DNA of 64,000 nt from Vicugna vicugna (taxonomy: Eukaryota). The stretch covers positions 511,513 to 575,512 of the forward strand of contig MU057989.1 of the NCBI GenBank assembly GCA_013265495.1. Direction: 5' to 3'. The translations under genes were made by a program, and so were the position numbers. Below the pieces are notes generated by a model. It saw nothing but the letters and a program-made list of their open reading frames with translations, ran no database searches and was not told the origin of the DNA. This document shows, one piece after another, positions 39,025-52,023 of this stretch; position 1 is the first letter of the stretch, and every line of letters starts with the position of its first letter.

Positions 39025-39245
39025 CTATGGCACTCAACCTGGGAGCAGATTTGCCCCCCAGAGGGCATTAGACAATGCCCGAAAACATCGTTGGTGGCTA
39101 TGACTTGGGGGAAGGGAGGGGAACCCCTGGCCTCTACTGGATAAAGACCAAGGATGCAGCCAAACATCCTGGGGTACACAGGACAGCCTCCAAATAGAAT
39201 CATCTCCACCAAAATGTCAGCAGTGCGAGGGGTGGGGAACAGTGC
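39025..39245. mobile_element. MER20-like DNA transposon
   Basis: ctcaacctgggagcagatttgcccccca...ccaaggatgcagccaaacatcct...caaaatgtcagcagtgcgagg. Confidence 0.75.
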
Positions 39246-39762
39246 CGTATGGATTAGAAGCTATTTAAGGCCGAGAAGCTTGGTTTTCCACCATTTTAGC
39301 TTTTAGGCTTTGCCCACACCCAGTGGAAAGAAACAGGTGTCGAGTAATTGAAGAGTCAAGGCGCTCTGCTCCACCCTCAGGACCCATTCCTGCCTGAATC
39401 AGATCCTGGTGGCAGTCTGTTGAATGCAGCAGACAAAACCTCTTGGCTTTTGGACAGAGAGAGACTTAGTGGACTCAGTGGTGAGTGAAGACAGGAACTC
39501 TCCCTTAAATAAGAGCTTTTTTAACTTAGACCCAGTGGTGCTTTATAGTTTTTGGTGGCACTTTAGACTAATCCGCTGTCCCTTTCCCAGCGACTGTGTT
39601 AAATGTAAGAAGAGTTTATCGTCATTGTTAGGCCTGCCCCTTACCTCCCTCCTGTCACTGCCTCTCACTGGTCAGAGCCTCCTGATTCCTTATTCTGTTC
39701 CCACCTTTTTTTCCCAGGCCAATTTCACTGTTGCTTTTTTAAGAACTTCTCTAATCATACTT

Positions 39763-40367
39763 TGTATTAGTTTCCTATCTGTGCTGTAACAGATGACCAC
39801 TTAGTGGCTTAAAAACAACACAAACACAGCAGAGGGCAGGGAGCAGAGTATAGCTCAGTGGTAGAGCACATGTTTGGCATGCATGAGGTCCTGGGTTCAA
39901 TCCCCAGTGCCTCCATTAAAAATATATAAAAATAAAACAATACAAATATCTTCTCTTATAGTTCTGGAAGTCAGAAGTCTGATATCAGTTTCACTGAGCA
40001 GAAATCAAGGTGTCAGCCAGGCTGGTTTCTTCTGGAAGCTCTGAGGGGTGAATCTGTTTCCTTGCCTTTTTCCAGCTGCTAGCAGCTACTGGTGTTTGTT
40101 GGTTTGTGGCCCCTTCCTCCATCTTCAAAGTGCATCCCTCCAGCCTCTCATCACATCATCTTCTCTTCTGACTCTGCCCTCCTGCCTCCCCCTTATGAGG
40201 ACCTTTATGATTATATTGGGCCCACCCAGATAGTCCAGGATATCTCCCCATCCCTAGATTCTTAACCACATCTACAAAATCCCTTTTGCCATATAATACA
40301 ATACATTCACAGGTCCCAGGGATGAGAATGTGGCATCTGTGGGGGGACTGCAATTTAGCCGACCACA
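39763..40367 (-). mobile_element. MLT1 solo LTR containing a Vic-1-like SINE (39838-39935, +)
   Basis: tgtattagtttcctat...ttagtggcttaaaaacaaca...; cccttttgccatataatacaatacattcacaggtcc; SINE gtatagctcagtggtagagc...ggttcaatcccc. Confidence 0.8.
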
Positions 40368-41244
40368 TCCCCCTATTGAATCAGTTTGGTTAGTCAAAGA
40401 AGATTTCTCCTAAAAACAAAGGAACACAGATTTCCACTTTTCTCAGAGTTGGGACAGGAACTCTCCCTTAAATAAGAGCTTTTTTAACTTGATATGTTTT
40501 GAAGAACCTGTGTGCTTGTGTTTTCTGTCTTCTGATTATAACATTAGTAACTGCTGAATCTTAAATGTTTTTGTTCAACTGTGGACCTTGAATAAATGTT
40601 ACAAAATCACCACTCTGAATATCACTCCTTCCCAAAAGGTTATCTGGCCTGTGATGCTGCCTCGCCTCCCCCAGCCCGGTTTTCCTTTGGTAGGTAAGGC
40701 TCAGCTCCTGGCAAGGAGTGCCCGTTGGGGTCTGGAGTCCAGATCAAAGGCCCCTGGACACTCAGCCGCATTTGCAAGTCAGCACTCACTTTCTCAGATG
40801 TTGGATTCTCCCATCCCCTTTGCTCATGCGTGGTTCTACCAGAGGATCTCAACACAAAACGTTGACCTAACTTGCAATCGGCTACTCCAGCTAAGACGAT
40901 AATCTTTCTCCTTTGTGTGCAGCTCTTCCCCATGGGGCAGTCTGAGTGTCACCATCTTTTCTGGGTTTGCCCTGTGCTCACCCATGTAGGGGCAGGGTGA
41001 ACCCAACTCTGGTTATTTGGGCCCTGGGTTACCCCAGGAGATGGGGGTAAGGGGGAGATCCCACGCAGATGTCAGCATCTGGACCTCACAGATTCCTCTG
41101 AAAAGCATTTTCCATTTATAGCAGATACGGACTTGTGAAACCCATCCAATAATACCGTTATCACTCCCCACAAATTGACAATTCCCAAACACCATCCAGT
41201 AGATAGAGTTGAAATTTCCCCCAGATGTTTATAAAACAAAAATG

Positions 41245-43550
41245 CTGTTTTATGGCTTTATTGAGATAAATTTCATACATATAAAATGTATCCATTTGAA
41301 GCGTACAGTTTAATAAGTGTACAGTAAATTCACAGAGTTCTACCACCATCACTGTAATCTAATTTTGGAACGTTTCCAACAGCCTAAAAAGAAACCCTGT
41401 CATCACTAGCCATCACTCCCTAATCCCCACGCCCCTTTGCGCCCCCCTCCTCCTTTCACTTGGCACAATGTCTTCAGGGTCCATCCATGAACTAGCATGT
41501 GTCACTACTTTATGCTTTTAACAGCAAATAATATTTCACTGTATGAGCAAACCACATTTTGTCTCTCCGTTCATCACTTGATGGGCATTTGAGTCGTTTC
41601 CACTTGTTGGCTATTATGAATAATGCTGCTGTGAACATAGGTGTTCATTTTTCCTGGCTGTACACCCGGGAGTGGAATTGCTGGGTCATGTGCTAACTCT
41701 CTATTTAACCTTCTGAGGACTCACCACCGTTTTCCACAGGGTCTGCACCATTTTACATTCCCACCAGCAGGGTGTGAGGGTTCCAGTTTCTCCACATCCT
41801 TGTCAACCGTTGTTATTATCTGTCTTTTCTGTTGTAGCCATGCTAGTGGGTGTGAAGTGGTGTCTCTCTGTGGGTCTGGTTTGCTTTTCCCTGATGGCAA
41901 ATGACACTGGGCATCTTTTCATGTGTTTTTAGTGGCCATTCATGTATCTTCTTTGAAGAAATGGCTATTCAAAACCTCCGCCATTTTAAAATTGGGGCAG
42001 AATTAAAATTTTGTCTTTTTATTGTTGAGTTATAAGAGTTCTTGCAACATTCTGGAATCAAGCCCTTATCAGATAAATGACTTGCAAATATTGGCTCCCA
42101 TCCTGTTGTAATATACTTTTGCACAATTGCAATACGTCTGTTGAAAGCAGCTGCCAAATATAAAAGTGACTCATACCTTCACAATTTCTGAATTGCCAGT
42201 GACACAGAAGTGTGAGGCACAATGTCACTCCTGGCTCCTGAAACTTGTCTGGGACCAGATGAGGGCAGAACCAGCGAGAGGGGCCCCAAGAACCTATCTT
42301 GGTCCAGGGGGTGACTCTGCCTTAGTTGGATCTGAGGCAGCTCCATGAACAAAGCAGAGGAGTGGACCTGGTACCAGGCTCTGCTCCCAGCTCTGTGGTT
42401 CCCCAGCCCCGTGACCCAGACATGTCACTGAAACACTCCAAGCCTGTTTCCTCCACTGAAAATGAAAGACCCACCTGGCTTAGCTCACATGATTGGTGAA
42501 GTGAACACATGGACGGGAAAGGATTTTGTTCTCTGTAAAGTGTCATATAAACAGAAAATGAATGATGTGTCAAGTAAAACAGCATCTTGAAATCTCCTTC
42601 TATCAGCTCTTCAGATCCAAATACTTGTGCCGGGAAGGAGAAAAGAGGCCACAAGGATTCAACGGAGGAGAGATTCTATTTTCTTGGATTTGGTCTTTTG
42701 TTTACACTGTGGTCATAGTAGAGAATGTCCTGGAAAGGTAGAAGAATTTCTCCAAAAGGCTGTTTATGAACAAAATTGGTGTCCTAGAGAGAGGTGCCCC
42801 AAAGCAGAGACACCCCCCTTTCTTCCAGGGCCCTTCATGCTCCTCCATACTTTTCTTTTTCACATTGACTAAAAAGTTTTTTCATTGTGATAAAATATAC
42901 GTAACATTAAATTTATCATTTAACCATCTTTGAGTGTACAACTCAATGGCTTTAAGTACATTTACAGTATGGTGCAGCCATCACCATCATCATCGCCAGA
43001 ACTTTTCATCTTCCCCAACTGAAGCTCTGTTCCCTTGAAATACTAACTCCCCATCTTCCTTTTCTAGCCCCCAGCACCCGCCACTCTACTTTCTGTATCT
43101 GTGATGTTGCCTGCTCTGAGTACTTCACAGAAGCGGAATCATGTACTATTTGTCATTTTGTGACTGGCTTATTTCACTTAGCACAGTGTTGCCAAGGTTC
43201 ATCCGTGCTGTAGCCTAGGTCAGAATTTCCTTCCTTTTCATGACTGAATACTATTCCATTGTACAGAGAGATCACTTTTTTTTTTAAAGAAATATCATCT
43301 TCTTTTTATTCATACAAAAGAAATTTCCCCAATTATGCAATTTACAATCAAGGGCACCTGAGGGCAAATGAAACAGGTGATGTCCACAAATTCACATGGA
43401 TTTTCTGCTCACAAGAATCGGATTATAGACAAATCCCAAGTCTGAGCTGATAGATGTGTTACTGTATGGCAGAAAGACCACATTTTAACCATTCAGCTGT
43501 CAGTGGACATTAGGGTTGTTTTCACCTTTTGGCTATTGTGAGTCATGTGC
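41245..43550 (-). mobile_element. Two old L1M 3' fragments (~41245-42110 and ~42875-43550)
   Basis: Reverse-strand L1 3'UTR/ORF2 motifs such as ggagtggaattgctgggtcat and acattcccaccagcag. Confidence 0.75.
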
Positions 43551-45802
43551 TCCTTACTTTCTACAGTATGTAAGTTTCAAAAACCCCAATAAAGGGTTAA
43601 CCAGAGGGCCCCAGAGTCTCACAAGGGTGGTACCATACAACACTGTCCCTGGGGCACCTGTAGTAGGGGCAGAGGGCCAGGCAGAGGCCTAGACGTTGGA
43701 ACAGAGGGTCGGGGACAAGGAGAGGGACAAAGATGGTGGAGGGAGGCCATTTGGGATGGGGGCAGCTTTAAGGAGGGTGGAACACTAAAAATAAAGGTCC
43801 CAAGTTAGGGTTAGTTATCTGGGTCCCCCTGGGAGGTGTGGGGCCACAGACGTGTCCGCACATGAGGAGGCAAGGACGGGCAGTGTGTTTTCATCAGTGG
43901 GAGGGAAGGCCTGAATTGAAAAGTTCTGAGAACAGCACAATCTTAGGAAATGGCAGAGCCATTCACTTTGACTCTGAGCTGCCCATATATCTCTCAAGTT
44001 TGGTTCTTCCTTGAGCCAAAATAAAAAGTGACCCTCAGAGCTCAGTGGTATGGATTCTTGTTGGAGGCCTGGGAAACAAGGTCCCTGGGGGAAGAGGAAG
44101 CAGAGATGTCACCTATGCTCAGGGTACCTCCCCATCCCCTGTCTACTCTTTCTCAAGGAGAGGAGGAGCTTATCACCCATCTGCTGTTCACTCTCTGGGT
44201 CTCCTCTGGCCCTTCTCACCCAGCATCCTGGTTTCCTGGGCTCTCTCTGCAAATCTTCTATCAGGGTTACTGCCTCTCAACACCGTCAGAGTGTTCATGC
44301 TGAAGCCAGTGTGGTCTCTCAGATAGGATGGTCAGGAGCACTCCAGCTGCAGAAGATCCAGATCTGCTCTTTGCTGGGCATCTCTGGCCTGAGCCACTGA
44401 CAGCAGTCTCCAGACGTGGCTACAAGCCTCTTCAGCCCAGCGACCTCCTCACAGCAGAGGAGGACTAGTCCACTGATAGCAGTGTTTCAGGACTAGGATC
44501 AAGCTTGCAGGTTGGATTCCTGCCCCCAGATGGCATCTTTTATCTGGAGGCTTTCTATGTCTGGGGGATGGGGAGTTCCAGGGTACCCAAGTTTGCAACC
44601 ATCTTAAGGCTCAGAGGATAGCCTCCTACCAGCAGGGGCTGAACCTGGGAGTGTCACAGCCTCTCTGTTCAGTATGGTTGGGCATCTGGGTTCTCCAGAT
44701 TCTGGCTGTTTTTCCCTGGAAAGAGATAGTACAGATGAGCAGGTAAAGCTTACAGTATGTGGGGTCAGCTGACACATTAGTTGAGGCCTTTGCAAAGTTC
44801 TCCATTAGGATCCTGTGCCCTTTCCAGAAGCCTCCAACCAGTGAATGCCAAGTCACTATTTAGCTCTCTGATCTCCTCAAAAGAAAACAGGCTCCCTGAC
44901 CTTGCTGGCAAGATGACACCCCTCTCATAGCATAATGTACCTCTTCTCTATAGCTCTTAACACAGCTGCAGTGTCCCACTCACTTGTGATTAACACATCT
45001 CCTTAGAAAGTTTAGCAAAACTGTAAACTCATGAGAGACAAAGGATCTCTTCACAAAGCTACCACTCATCAAGTCACCCAAACCAGAAACTTCCAAGTCA
45101 TTTCTTACTCCCTGCTCTCTCACCACCACCAAGTGGTCACTTTTTAAAGCCACCCCATCTTTCTCAGTCCTGTGACCCCTTCTACAGGCCGTCTCACTCA
45201 CTCTATTGTAACAACCTCCTGAGTGTCCGTCGTCTCTGGGCTTGTCCTGATCTGCAGCATCTGGCTACAGAGTCATCTCCCCAAAGCAGGTGATATCGCA
45301 ACTCTGTCCCTGCCTTCCTGTTGACCCGGGCCAGTGCTATTGGATAAGGGTGTAGACAGTGGAGACAGGAAGAAGCAGTCAGATATGAGAGATATTTGAG
45401 GTCAAATCCACAGGACTTGATGATTGTTAAATTTGAGGAGCAGAGGAAGGAGTGTGTGTTGGTAGTGTGAGCAGTTGTCTAGATGTGGCACTACATACTG
45501 GGGCAAACAGATCAAGGACTAAAAGCATGAGTTGGGTTCTGGGCATGTGTTTTGATGCCTCAGAGACACTGAAAGAAGATCTCTCATAGGCACTTGAATA
45601 TAGAAATCCCGAGTGCAGGAGAGGAAAAACTGGAGCAAGACAGAGTGAGGTATTTGTAGTCATGGAAGTGGCTAAGCTGGCTTGGGGAGAACATACACTC
45701 AAGTGAGCCTAGGATACATTCTAAGTAACCAGAAGCATGTTAGAATTTGGCTTCAGAGCACACAGAAATCAGGCAAGGAGACTGGCACCGGCTCTAAAGA
45801 GG

Positions 45803-46272
45803 TGTTGGCTTAAAAAAAACAAAACCACACACACAACTTCAAAGTTGTGAGTCGAGTTTATTCAGTGCATTACTGAGGACTGTAGCTGGGAGACCAGATG
45901 GGCTTTCACGCTGAGAAACTGTTCTGAAAGAATTGGGGGGATCAGCACATACGTGATTTCTGACAAAGGGGTACACATTCAAGCACACACTTCAACAGAA
46001 GGTTGCTGTCAGTCACAAGGAACAGAAATCTTAGTTAATGGTTTTAGTGCTTTTCCAAGTACAGGAAGATGCAAGAACTGGGGTTCATAAAATTTCCTTT
46101 CAAAAATATCTATCTGAAAGTCTGTTCTGCCAGTTTTCCCACAGCACAGAGTGCCTCACTCCCGATCTCCGCCCTGAACAACTGTCAGCGCGTGTTGAAC
46201 GTTGGCGACTACAGTGTCTAAAGAACTCAAGCCTTGTAGAACTGGACAGCCAGCAACGTTCTTTAGTTGGCA
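45803..46272 (-). mobile_element. ERV solo LTR (ERV1/MER41-like)
   Basis: TG...CA termini (tgttggc / ttggca); minus-strand AATAAA about 60 nt from the LTR end; tactgaggactgtagc...gggagac resembles MER41-like LTRs of artiodactyls as recalled. Confidence 0.65.
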
Positions 46273-46339
46273 GAAATTCTAGCCAGGGTTAGTGAGAAGC
46301 ACAAAGTATCCCTTTGGAGAAGACAGAAACACACAGGCA

Positions 46340-46960
46340 GGGCAAGCCCGTAACTTGATACTGCCAAAGCGGGGTTAGGGCCAGGAAGGTGGCGCTGGGC
46401 TCCCCTTCCCTCCCCCAGGGCCGTCAGTGCCTAGCTCAGCGAGATTCCGGCTGGCTCCCGACAGTCACATCACCACAACCCTTCCCTTAGTGCGGAGGGA
46501 GAGACCAGAGGAGCCCCTCAGCCAACGCTCTCACGCCGCCGCTGCCGCCTCACGGTGTCTGCGGAGACTCCCATCCCTCAGCGAGTGATGGGGGCGCACC
46601 GGAAGCCAGACAGAGCAGCCGCTGGTTCCCACGGCCCCAGGAGCACGTAGCTACTCGGCCCGATGAGGGCCCCGGAAGTGAGAGCACTACTTCCGGTTCC
46701 CAGCCTTGTGAGCCGCTCTAGCGCGTCTCGTCTCTTTAGCACTTCCGCCGGCTTGCGGGGTTGGTGGCCTTGCCCGAGCCGCTAGGTCTCTCGGAGGCCG
46801 CGCAGAGCCTTATGGGAGCCCTACTCAGCGCACTCTCGCCTCCCAATTTCCATTTTAGGCGGCGACCCATGCGGGCCACCGGTGGCCTGCGTGGCCGAAG
46901 GTTTTTGTCCCTGTGCCGCCGCCACAGAGCAAAGACTGGAAGAGAATTCGACGTCTAATG
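46340..46960. promoter_or_regulatory. CpG island at the 3' end of ZNF597, positional equivalent of the human ZNF597:3' DMR
   Basis: Dense CpG; ETS/GABP sites CCGGAAGTG 46672-46680 and ACTTCCGG 46689-46696; TGCCGC at 46543 and 46914; minus-strand AATAAA at 47177-47182 just beside it. Confidence 0.75.
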
Positions 46961-49900
46961 CGACATCTATTGCTGTCTTCTGTTGCAGTGCTGGAATTTT
47001 CTTCTGAGTTCCGAAGAGCAGAGGATTTTACCGCCAGTGTTAAAAGAGCCTAAGTTATTCATTAATCCTCTCCAAACCACAATCCCACCAGTCTTCAAAA
47101 TTCATCTCATTAAAAGTACTAAAGTGTAAAAAAATTTTAAAGTTCACTTCATTGCCATCATGATTAAAAAAAAGCATTTATTGGATGCCAAATTGCACAT
47201 CAGATAGACATAATCATTGCCCAGTGAGAGCTTGCACTCTAGAGCTAAGACTGATGAGAATACACCAAAAACTGTAAAATCAAAATATTAAACAGACAAA
47301 CAGCACAAGTGCCTACAACAAATATACTTTCCAAGGTATCCAAAGGAACTAGAGATTGCAGCATATTTTCAGGTTTACATAACTGTATATTTATTTCACA
47401 TCCCCATCCTCCCCAGACTGTTAATACAAGGTAGGATGCCCCCTCCCTCCAAAAGCTAAAACACGTGTAGTCTGATGGGCCGTGAAAAGATGGATAAGGG
47501 TCATCTTGTTATCAGATCAGTAGCTCTTTCAATCTACAAAACTAAAACAGATGAGTATACACACTTCTCATGAAGATCATTGAGTTACCCTTTAAACAGA
47601 TAGTCCAAGCAAAAACACCTTCCAACTGAAATCCTCTAGGCATAACAAGTTTAATGAAAAATTTCAAAGAGACTCTTTATTCAGATAAACTATAACTTGC
47701 TTTGTACGCATATCCAGTGAATTGGCAGATAACTTGGAGCAAAATCTGCAGTATCAGATTGCATGACCTGTTGCAACTATCAGAATAATGCCACTTAGTT
47801 ATACGTAATCTCAGGAGTCAAAGACTTAAAACGGCATTTGCTATGAAATGTCACTTGTTTTTAGTTTTAACTCCCTGAATTACTGGCTTAGTCATTTTCT
47901 ATGTTAAATGGGGAGATGTAATAGACTATCACTTATTGCAACAAAGCTGTAAACAATACTATTTTGAGTCCGACTCCTTCAAGAAAAACAATTCCACCAT
48001 TTCTTTAATTACAAAATGTAAACTGTTGACATCTAAATTCCATTGGAATGATGCTTTTCATCATCATCATGTTTTCATCAATGATGGCTGTTACAGAACC
48101 TGAAATTCCAGCAGCCCAGTAGTCACGTTAAGGACTTGTTTGATACACATTTTCATCACTGCATCAGCAACCAAAACCAAGACATTTGGTCAAGAATTGA
48201 TTTCTTTAGTACAAATTTTTCACCCTGCACAATGTGTCAACATCCATGGTGCAAAATGTAGCGAGCCAACTGTTTTTAACAATAAACTCCTGCACTGAGT
48301 GTTTCATCCCTGTATTAACTTTCACCCAAGTACTGATGAAAACTAACATGGTAGGCTAATGATATCTCTGGGTTGATGACCATCTGTGGAATGTATGTCT
48401 GTCAACACTGAACAGAAGGGAGAAAATGCCATAAACATAAAAACAGCACAGATCTCACTGATGGGCACTGACCTCTCCCTTCACCTCCTTGGACTAAAAG
48501 CAGCTTGAATTACATCTAGCAAATTACATCCGGTAAATGTATTTAGGTGAAAGTTCCCAGTAAAGCAACAATTGAAAATATGCCTCTTTCACAGTAACTG
48601 ACTCAGGTTTTTTTTCCTCCACATACCAATCATTAACAATATTACACCAAAAAGGCATTTTAATTACATTCATGTATATATTAATGTCTCCATAAAAGAT
48701 ATTTTTCTACCCTCTTATGGAGGTTTGGCATAATCTTCCAAAATCTAGAACATAAACATGTAAAACTGAAGTTAATTGTGAAGGAAGCCTCAAAAGTGAC
48801 TTCCTATATTGAATGCAGAACAGCATTTCTGGTGTAAATTCTCAACTTCCCCTGTATTTTCTTAGGAGCAAAGGAAAGAATGAGAGCTTCCATATTTCAC
48901 GTCAGCCCCATTCTGTCCAAGTACCTTCTACAGTTGTCTTCCCTACTTCCTTCTGCAGCAGCTCTGCTACTGGGGGCCTCTTTCCTGGATTCATTCCCTA
49001 TCCTGCAGCTCTTTAGTCAACTGAAACGTGGGAGCCCCTGGTATGTGCTGGTGGGAGGCACTGTGTCTGCTGCTCCCACCAAAGGCAGAAGCAGGAGAGC
49101 AGAGAGACAGTCTGTTCTGATGTTCAGCAAATATCCCAGAGCTGACTGATAAGAAACCTAACTGGAGATTATCTTTCTACACAACTCTAAGCCCCTTTCT
49201 GGAGACTTGCTGGAGAAAAACCTACAGGAGACCTCGCGTTTTTATTCAAGGCCCCGAAGCCCTGGCAGACTGGTGTCCTGTATCCTAAGAGTGGAGACAT
49301 CTGAAACAAAGAGCCAAGTGTGACCTTGACATACAGAGCACAGGGCCTCAACTGTGGATCTGCAAACAAGGAGTTAAACAAGAAGAAGTTGGGGAAAAGG
49401 AGTGGGTGAGCTGGGTCAGGGCTACTGGTTTCTGTTTCCCTTACCAACAGTATCTTCCTGCCTCTAACACGTGAGCTTGCAGCAATAGCTGGCATCTTTC
49501 TGTACATTCAGTTCTCAGTCTGCTGTTCAGTAGAGAGACTACATCCTCCGGGTACCAGTTTCCACCCAACTAGTCCTAAAGTGGCCTGTTATTATTGCTC
49601 ATGAGATTTTCCAGTGATAATCCCATTTTAGTAACTGCTATACTTTTATACTATTTAAACAGAATAAAACCATTCTCACATCCCAATCAAAAACCCCTTT
49701 CAATGCTGTTTTGCTGACGGGTACCCAATCAATTTTGCCTTAAAGAGAAATTCCTTATGAATGTATATTTACAAGATTCCTTGGTTCTTTAACATTAATA
49801 ACCATTCCGTTTAACAATATTTTGCTCTAGTATTTATATTTAACAGTACTATCTAAATACCTACATATTTTCAAGTACTTTGATTAAACTCTAACAATTT

Positions 49901-50926
49901 TCTATGTGTATCTCTCTTTGGATATGAGGAAGAAAAAAAAATTTTTAAACCAAAACTCAGCTAAGACTTTAAAGACTATACTCTGTAGAGTTTGCAATCT
50001 CTGATGATAGGGATGGAGTTTGAACTTGAAGTCCTGGAGAGAATACAAGGATAGTCCTTTCCTGTCAGATTTACTCTGAAGATTAAATAATACACCTAAC
50101 GCGTCCAGCGTGCTCACTAAACAAGAGTCACTGTTACTCGTTGCAAGGCAGGCAATGTGCTTTGGTAGACACTTGGAGGCAAATCCTCTTACAGGGAAGC
50201 AAGTACCTTTCCCTTGGTCAAGTCCAGACACCAGAAAGGGCTAGTCAGACTGCCAAAATCCCTTCCAAACACTTGAATCACAAAGGCCAGTGGCATCAGA
50301 TCCGAGAAGAGGAACTCCACCGACACCAACAGCTATCTCAACACTAACTAGTCCAACCTATTTGGGAACTCTTCACCTGGCGGGGGGAAAAAGTTTCCAA
50401 ACTGCTCCAGAAATTCACATGTAAAACAAAAATCTCATACAAACATTACATTTAGATTGTTATAGCAAAAAAAAAGTATGAAACAGATATAAAAGTATTT
50501 ACTTTCCTAGATCCTAGATCTGCAGAACTAGTAAACAATTAATAAATTTTCCTTCCAAAACTTACTTAGAAACCATGTAGACAAAATTAAAAGAACTCTA
50601 GCAATACCTCTATTTTAATGAAAACTGAATTTTTTTTGAAGTTCTGCATCATGCTCCAGCTCACACAAATGGACTCTGAACAGTAACTGAGTTACTAAGT
50701 CAGAATTCTGGCTTCATTCACGAGCTGTGACATGGACTCTGCTTCCGAGACTCTAAAATAGAAATCATGGTGCCCAATCAAGGTTGTGGTGAAAATGAAA
50801 TGCTTTCTTACATGGAAAGTGTGTAAAGTGCTTAGCACAGTACCTGGCACTTACACTGGGGTGACCGTGCCCCAGTTTTCCGTTTAGATGCTGAAAAGCA
50901 CAAACATTCATGAAAACTTGCTCTAT

Positions 50927-52023
50927 TTACATGGCGTTTCTCAAATGGGTTCGCTCATGGGCAGTGAGATGTGTCTTCAACCTGAAATGTTTCCCACACA
51001 CAGTACATTTTAAAGGGTTCTCTCCTGTGTGGCTCTTCCAGTGGTGGGCAGGCTCTGAGGCCGAGAGAAAACTTTCCGCAGGCGTTTTGCACGTCTGGGC
51101 CTTTTCCCGTCTATGAGTGCTTTGATGGGAAATGAGCTCAGAGAGATGAAGACAGGTCAGCGGACACTCGGGACATTTGAAGGGTTTGAATTTGGAGAAT
51201 GAAAGCATATTTCCCCCACAGTCGCTGCAGTGTTCAGCACTGTCCTCGTGGCCTTTCTCGGGGAGGGCAGGGAGTGCAGGCTGCAAAGAGCAATTCCTGC
51301 CCGGGCTGTGCAGATGTTGGGGGGCTGAAGCCTGCCTTTTCTCAGGCAGAGCGAGGTTTGTTTGCTGACCGAGATACTTCCCGTGGGCTTTTTTGGCAGC
51401 ATGGGTCTTCTGATGCTGGGCCAGTCCCGGGAGCCACAGAAAACCTCTCCCACATGTGCCACAGGTGTAAGGTTTCTCCTTTCCGTGGACATTCATGTGC
51501 CGAGACAGGTGTGAGTGCTGGCGGAAGGTGCTGCTGCACTCAGCACATTTATAAGGCTTCTCCCCGGTGTGGATTCTCCTGTGTGTTCTCAGGTTGGCTC
51601 GGTGATTGAACATCTTCCCACAGTCCCCACAGTTATACTTTTTCTCTCCTGAATGCATTTTCTGATGCAGAACCAAGTATGAACTATCACTGAAGCTTTG
51701 GTTACACTCAGGACACTTGTATGAATTTGTGGCTTCTCCCCCAGGAAATTCAAAAATTTCAGAAAGTGTGCTGGTTCCTAAACACTGAGATAGCTCTACC
51801 AACGGGGTATGGTTTTCGATAGTAACTAAAAGACTTATGAGCCTTTTCTTGCAGGCAGAAGTTCCACCTGATATTTTCCTTTCGAGGTTTCCAACTCCAT
51901 GCTCAGAGGATTTTTCTGGGCAATAGACAAGAGGAACAGTGATGGAGTATTTTTCTAAGGCAAGCTCTTCAAGTCCCATTGATTCGAGACTTAGCTGCTG
52001 ATTAATCTCAATCTTGCCTTCAC
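50927..52023 (-). CDS. ZNF597: ZNF597 terminal coding exon (C2H2 fingers); spliced CDS 1257 nt, 418 aa
   Basis: EINQQLSLESM...LLVTIENHTPLVELS...CGDCGKMFNHRANLRTHRRIH...FRQHSHLSRHMN...GRGFLWLPGLAQHQK matches ZNF597; open frame to TAA at 50927. Confidence 0.95.

Noticed and set aside
47600..48400. Possible hAT transposase remnant
   Set aside because: Only a chance LTHC-like word; no sustained frame or motifs. More likely the long ZNF597 3'UTR.
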